From: a virus
Reading direction: 5' to 3' (one strand)
Length of the DNA: 8,251 bases
IMG/VR virus record: IMGVR_UViG_3300029094_000065
Under the pieces are notes generated by a model, which had not been told where the DNA came from, did no database searches, and worked only from the letters and a program-made list of their open reading frames with translations. Positions 6,121 through 8,251 of this stretch are shown piece by piece (within the stretch, counting starts at the first letter, position 1; each line of letters opens with the position of its first letter). Made by a program: the position numbers and the translations under genes.

Positions 6121-6321
6121 CTATGTTGTCTGGACCTCACTGGATATGGACGGGATGGAATCCGTCTTTTCGTCCAGGTAAGCCAAAATATGTTCCAGGC
6201 GGGCGAAATGATATTGAAGAACATCCACACGGCACTGGTCATGCAAGGCCATGGCCCGGCATATCGCCACACTGGTTTCATTTTGTTCCTGCTCTATGAG
6301 AGCCTTGGAAAGTCTACGCAT
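6121..6321 (-). CDS. Hypothetical protein, 66 aa
   Basis: ATG at 6321 lies 6 nt after AGGAGGGG. The start overlaps the last 28 nt of the upstream 79-aa ORF. MRRLSKALIEQEQNETSVAICRAMALHDQCRVDVLQYHFARLEHILAYLDEK... Confidence 0.45.
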   Translation of the reverse strand: MRRLSKALIEQEQNETSVAICRAMALHDQCRVDVLQYHFARLEHILAYLDEKTDSIPSISSEVQTT

Positions 6322-6533
6322 TCTGGACCCCTCCTGTCAGTTTTATAAGCGTGAAGGACAACGGAAGACAAAGCATCAAACTCATCAATCGTAATTGCAT
6401 CAATGCTGAATGCAAAACTCAACTGTGAACGAATCCAAATATAGTTAAAACGGAAATCACCATCAACATCACCAAGAAGATACCGTTCTACAGCATCATT
6501 AAGTGTTTTACGGATACGCTTTTTATCCATCAT
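6294..6533 (-). CDS. Hypothetical protein, 79 aa
   Basis: ATG at 6533 lies 6 nt after GGAGGT, placing it 2 nt after the stop of the upstream ORF. MMDKKRIRKTLNDAVERYLLGDVDGDFRFNYIWIRSQLSF... Confidence 0.5.
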   Translation of the reverse strand: MMDKKRIRKTLNDAVERYLLGDVDGDFRFNYIWIRSQLSFAFSIDAITIDEFDALSSVVLHAYKTDRRGPECVDFPRLS

Positions 6534-6535
6534 GA

Positions 6536-6736
6536 TTACACCTCCATATCAACAGTAATATAAACCTTATTAACACCAAGTTCATATGTAAAAGCAGTAA
6601 CCACATGATTATGATAGTCTAAGACATCATCATTAAACCAATGACCAGACGCAAGCAAATAAAAATCAGAATCACGAATGACAAAACGTGTATTATCATC
6701 AACAAACCGTAAATAAAAAACATCAGAAACCCTCAT
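6536..6736 (-). CDS. Hypothetical beta-rich protein, 66 aa, the first gene of the minus-strand operon
   Basis: ATG at 6736 lies behind AAGGAGGG with a 7-nt spacer. The ORF track extends it to a TTG at 6757, which is probably not used. MRVSDVFYLRFVDDNTRFVIRDSDFYLLASGHWFNDDVLDYHNHVVTAFTYELGVNKVYITVDMEV. Confidence 0.5.
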   Translation of the reverse strand: MRVSDVFYLRFVDDNTRFVIRDSDFYLLASGHWFNDDVLDYHNHVVTAFTYELGVNKVYITVDMEV

Positions 6737-6755
6737 AATAAAACCCTCCTTAATC

Positions 6756-6815
6756 AACTAACTAAATCATCCTTGTGAACTAACTAAATTTGTGGTAAAA
6801 TAGATACTAACTAAG
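6756..6815 (-). promoter_or_regulatory. Three direct repeats of ACTAACTAA (TTAGTTAGT on the coding strand) in the leader of the minus-strand operon, with a fourth copy upstream of the gV-like gene at 6056-6064
   Basis: Core copies at 6757-6765, 6779-6787 and 6806-6814, spaced 22 and 27 bp apart. Their even, roughly two-helical-turn spacing upstream of the first operon gene suggests regulator-binding sites or iterons. Confidence 0.5.
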
Positions 6816-6857
6816 CGCTTAATTATTACTTATCGTTACACTAATAGTATAGCAAAG

Positions 6858-6926
6858 TATTGTACAATACGCAATAGGAATATTGTACAATACTTATGCT
6901 TGTATATAGTTGATATTGTACAATAC
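6858..6926. promoter_or_regulatory. Three perfect 12-bp palindromes TATTGTACAATA, read as operator sites in the divergent promoter region
   Basis: Copies at 6858-6869, 6881-6892 and 6914-6925, each followed by C. The first extends to the 14-bp palindrome gtattgtacaatac. Centre-to-centre spacing is 23 and 33 bp. The last copy ends 2 nt before the ribosome-binding site of the plus-strand RHH gene. Each palindrome carries the -35-like hexamer TTGTAC and the -10-like hexamer TACAAT. Confidence 0.65.
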
Positions 6927-6941
6927 TAAGGAGGTGACAAT

Positions 6942-7301
6942 ATGGACGAATCAAAGAAACAGCAATACAAAAGACAGAATGATTGGGCAAAAGAAAAATA
7001 TAAAAGAATAGCTTTAAATATACCAAGAGAAATGGATACACCAATAAAAGAAAAAGCCAAAGAAAATAATCTAAGCGTAAATGAATATATAAACAAATTA
7101 ATCATAAGTGACCTAACAAATATCAAAACCACAATACTAAATCCCCGACCTGCATTAACAGCAGAAGAGGAAGAAATTTTAAAATTAATCCAGGAGCTGA
7201 ACCAATACAACAGAGGAAGAGCAGAAGAAAGAATCAAAATGTTAATCGAGGAGCAGGCCAAAGACAATGACAATATGCAGAACGGAAGATTATACGGCTA
7301 G
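6942..7301 (+). CDS. Ribbon-helix-helix (CopG/Arc-like) DNA-binding protein, 119 aa, with a helical acidic C-terminal extension; likely the autoregulated repressor of the switch region
   Basis: AAGGAGGTG lies 5 nt before the ATG. The RHH signature is a beta strand KRIALNIPREM, helix A DTPIKEKAKENNLS and helix B VNEYINKLIISDL. The C-terminal helical region is EEEEILKLIQELNQY...EERIKMLIEEQAK. It is divergent from the structural operon, as RstR is in CTXphi. Confidence 0.7.
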   Translation: MDESKKQQYKRQNDWAKEKYKRIALNIPREMDTPIKEKAKENNLSVNEYINKLIISDLTNIKTTILNPRPALTAEEEEILKLIQELNQYNRGRAEERIKMLIEEQAKDNDNMQNGRLYG

Positions 7302-7407
7302 ATAAGCACAAACATAAAAAAAATAAATAGCCCCCTATAACGCACCAGAATGAACGAGAATCAATTTTAAGAGCTTAAGACAAAAATTCATCAAGGAGGA
7401 TATAAAA

Positions 7408-7638
7408 ATGGACAGAGAAACGATTGAAGCAATGAGAACACTATTAGAACCAATTACAAACAAGCTAGAGGACATAAATCTACAAATATCAGAACTAAAA
7501 ATCCAAATGGATACACTAAGGCTAGACATGAAAACCTCAGAAAGGTCCATCAGGAAAGAAATACACCATATCAACGATGGAATGGACACCTTAGTAGAAG
7601 TATTGGAAGCCAAAGGAATCCTACCGAAGGTAGAATAA
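7408..7638 (+). CDS. Coiled-coil protein of unknown function, 76 aa
   Basis: CAAGGAGGA lies 8 nt before the ATG. Heptad-like sequence LEDINLQISELKIQMDTLRLDMKTSERSIRKEIHHINDGMDTLVEVLEAKG. The region is AT-rich. Confidence 0.55.
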   Translation: MDRETIEAMRTLLEPITNKLEDINLQISELKIQMDTLRLDMKTSERSIRKEIHHINDGMDTLVEVLEAKGILPKVE

Positions 7639-7643
7639 CAGCA

Positions 7644-7670
7644 ATATCCCCGGCTCTATGCCGGGGATAT
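7644..7670. terminator. Perfect 11-bp stem (atatccccggc / gccggggatat) with a 5-nt loop between the convergent transcription units
   Basis: Read directly from the sequence. A weak U-rich run (UGCUGUUAUUCU) follows on the minus-strand side and none follows on the plus side. It most likely terminates the long minus-strand operon after the 66-aa membrane gene. It could also pause plus-strand read-through. Confidence 0.45.
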
Positions 7671-7685
7671 GCGAAAGGAGTAAAC

Positions 7686-7793
7686 ATGGAAAATATAATC
7701 AATGGAATCATTGGACTAACTACAAATAAAGCTTTTTGGTGTTGTGGAGCTATAGCATTAACCATGTTCCTGTTTAGAAAATTCAAAGATTAG
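7686..7793 (+). CDS. Small membrane peptide, 35 aa (MENIINGIIGLTTNKAFWCCGAIALTMFLFRKFKD)
   Basis: AAAGGAG lies 5 nt before the ATG. One TM segment with a basic C-terminus. Its 3' end overlaps the convergent 66-aa gene by 11 nt. It is below the ORF-track cutoff and rests on the ribosome-binding site plus hydrophobicity only. Confidence 0.35.
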   Translation: MENIINGIIGLTTNKAFWCCGAIALTMFLFRKFKD

Positions 7794-7983
7794 CAATGTA
7801 CTTAAAGTAAAAGGAAAATAGAATAAATGCAATCATGTAAACATAACATACAATCATGTCCAAGTCGGTATACTTCCTGCCACGCGAACGCTTGCGGACA
7901 AAATAGTTATGGATAGCAAAGTATAAAAGCGGCAAAACAACAAAGAAAACCGAACAGAAATAAATTTCATCCTCAGACGTCAT
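7783..7983 (-). CDS. Two-helix small membrane protein, 66 aa, translationally coupled to the upstream RHH gene
   Basis: ATG at 7983 lies 1 nt after the RHH stop (GGAGGATTAATATG, which supplies a GGAGGA ribosome-binding site). MTSEDEIYFCSVFFVVLPLLYFAIHNYFVRKRSRGRKYTDLDMIVCYVYMIAFILFSFYFKYIANL has two TM segments separated by a basic loop. The 108-aa extension shown in the ORF track (to 8109) runs out of frame through the RHH gene and is probably not real. Confidence 0.5.
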   Translation of the reverse strand: MTSEDEIYFCSVFFVVLPLLYFAIHNYFVRKRSRGRKYTDLDMIVCYVYMIAFILFSFYFKYIANL

Positions 7984-7984
7984 A

Positions 7985-8164
7985 TTAATCCTCCTCAATC
8001 GCCCCACGCTTGATTGCCTCAGCCAGGCCGACCTGGACAAGCCTTGTTGCCATTTCAGCCGGGGTGGAGTAGCATTCACAGAACTCCATGTACCTGCAAA
8101 GGCGGTCATACTGTTTCGTGGTCAGATAAACATTGACTTTGATTTTTCCAACTGGCTTATTCAT
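7985..8164 (-). CDS. Ribbon-helix-helix protein, 59 aa, translationally coupled to the 3' end of the Rep gene across the circular junction
   Basis: MNKPVGKIKVNVYLTTKQYDRLCRYMEFCECYSTPAEMATRLVQVGLAEAIKRGAIEED. A beta strand (KIKVNVYLT) is followed by two helices. Its ATG at 8164 (copied at 12..10) lies behind AGGAGGG inside the Rep 3' end and overlaps the Rep stop (ATGAATAA). The ORF track misses it because it is under 60 aa. Confidence 0.6.
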   Translation of the reverse strand: MNKPVGKIKVNVYLTTKQYDRLCRYMEFCECYSTPAEMATRLVQVGLAEAIKRGAIEED

Positions 8165-8251
8165 AAAAATTTCCCTCCTGATATCTTAATAACTGACTGC
8201 GCAACTTGTTAAATATGGGACCCTCAATCTCAAAGGGACGGTCCAGGAGCA
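8153..8251. repeat. Second copy of the terminal direct repeat, identical to 1-99
   Basis: Exact 99-nt identity with the start of the window. It reflects circular-genome read-through or a concatemer junction. Confidence 0.9.

Noticed and set aside
6069-6299. Plus-strand 76-aa ORF and minus-strand 69-aa ORF at 6072-6281
   Set aside because: They compete with the 66-aa ORF at 6121-6321, which has an AGGAGGGG ribosome-binding site and correct operon polarity. Neither alternative has a ribosome-binding site.
6858-6926. Possibility that the repeated TATTGTACAATA units form a mini CRISPR array
   Set aside because: There are only three copies. The units are 12-bp perfect palindromes with unequal spacers of 11 and 21 nt, and they sit exactly in a divergent promoter. 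They behave as operators, not CRISPR repeats.
6841-7273. Minus-strand ORFs at 6841-7044 and 6926-7273
   Set aside because: They are antisense to the strongly supported plus-strand RHH gene and cross the operator palindromes. Their products are low-complexity (S/L/I/F-rich), typical of the reverse strand of an A-rich gene.
7335-7786. Minus-strand ORFs at 7335-7613 and 7571-7786
   Set aside because: They are antisense to the coiled-coil gene, and one spans the inter-unit hairpin. No ribosome-binding site. Low-complexity translation.
7984-8109. 108-aa version of ORF 7783-8109 from the ORF track
   Set aside because: Its N-terminal 42 codons run out of frame through the RHH gene with no ribosome-binding site. 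The real start is the ATG at 7983, directly after the RHH stop with a GGAGGA site. It is kept as a 66-aa protein.

Overview
This window looks like one complete small circular replicon. Bases 1-99 are identical to 8153-8251, so the unit length is 8,152 bp and the window is a circularly permuted read-through. Its gene content matches an Inoviridae-like filamentous ssDNA phage with no secretin gene.

Almost all genes sit on the minus strand as one tightly coupled operon, with overlapping stop and start codons and strong AGGAGG-type ribosome-binding sites. Read 5'->3' on the minus strand it contains, in order:
- three small unknown proteins
- an M13 gV-like ssDNA-binding protein (GKPY motif)
- a structured GC-rich intergenic region
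- a pIII-like adsorption protein (signal peptide plus C-terminal anchor) coupled to a pVI-like polytopic protein
- a 77-aa protein with a basic C-terminal tail
- a second secreted protein (324 aa) with a C-terminal anchor and a strongly acidic domain
- two pVII/pIX-like mini-proteins
- a pVIII-like major coat protein whose mature N-terminus resembles Ff pVIII
- a Zot/pI-like P-loop ATPase
- an HUH-type rolling-circle Rep
- across the circular junction, a ribbon-helix-helix (RHH) protein and a 66-aa two-helix membrane protein

A compositionally distinct AT-rich module runs divergently on the plus strand. It encodes an RHH repressor (119 aa), a coiled-coil protein (76 aa) and a 35-aa membrane peptide. 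It sits behind a switch region carrying three perfect 12-bp palindromes (TATTGTACAATA), with three direct repeats (ACTAACTAA) facing the main operon.

No tRNA, rRNA, CRISPR array, integrase or transposase is visible. Every functional call rests on motifs, topology and synteny read by eye. None has been checked against a database.
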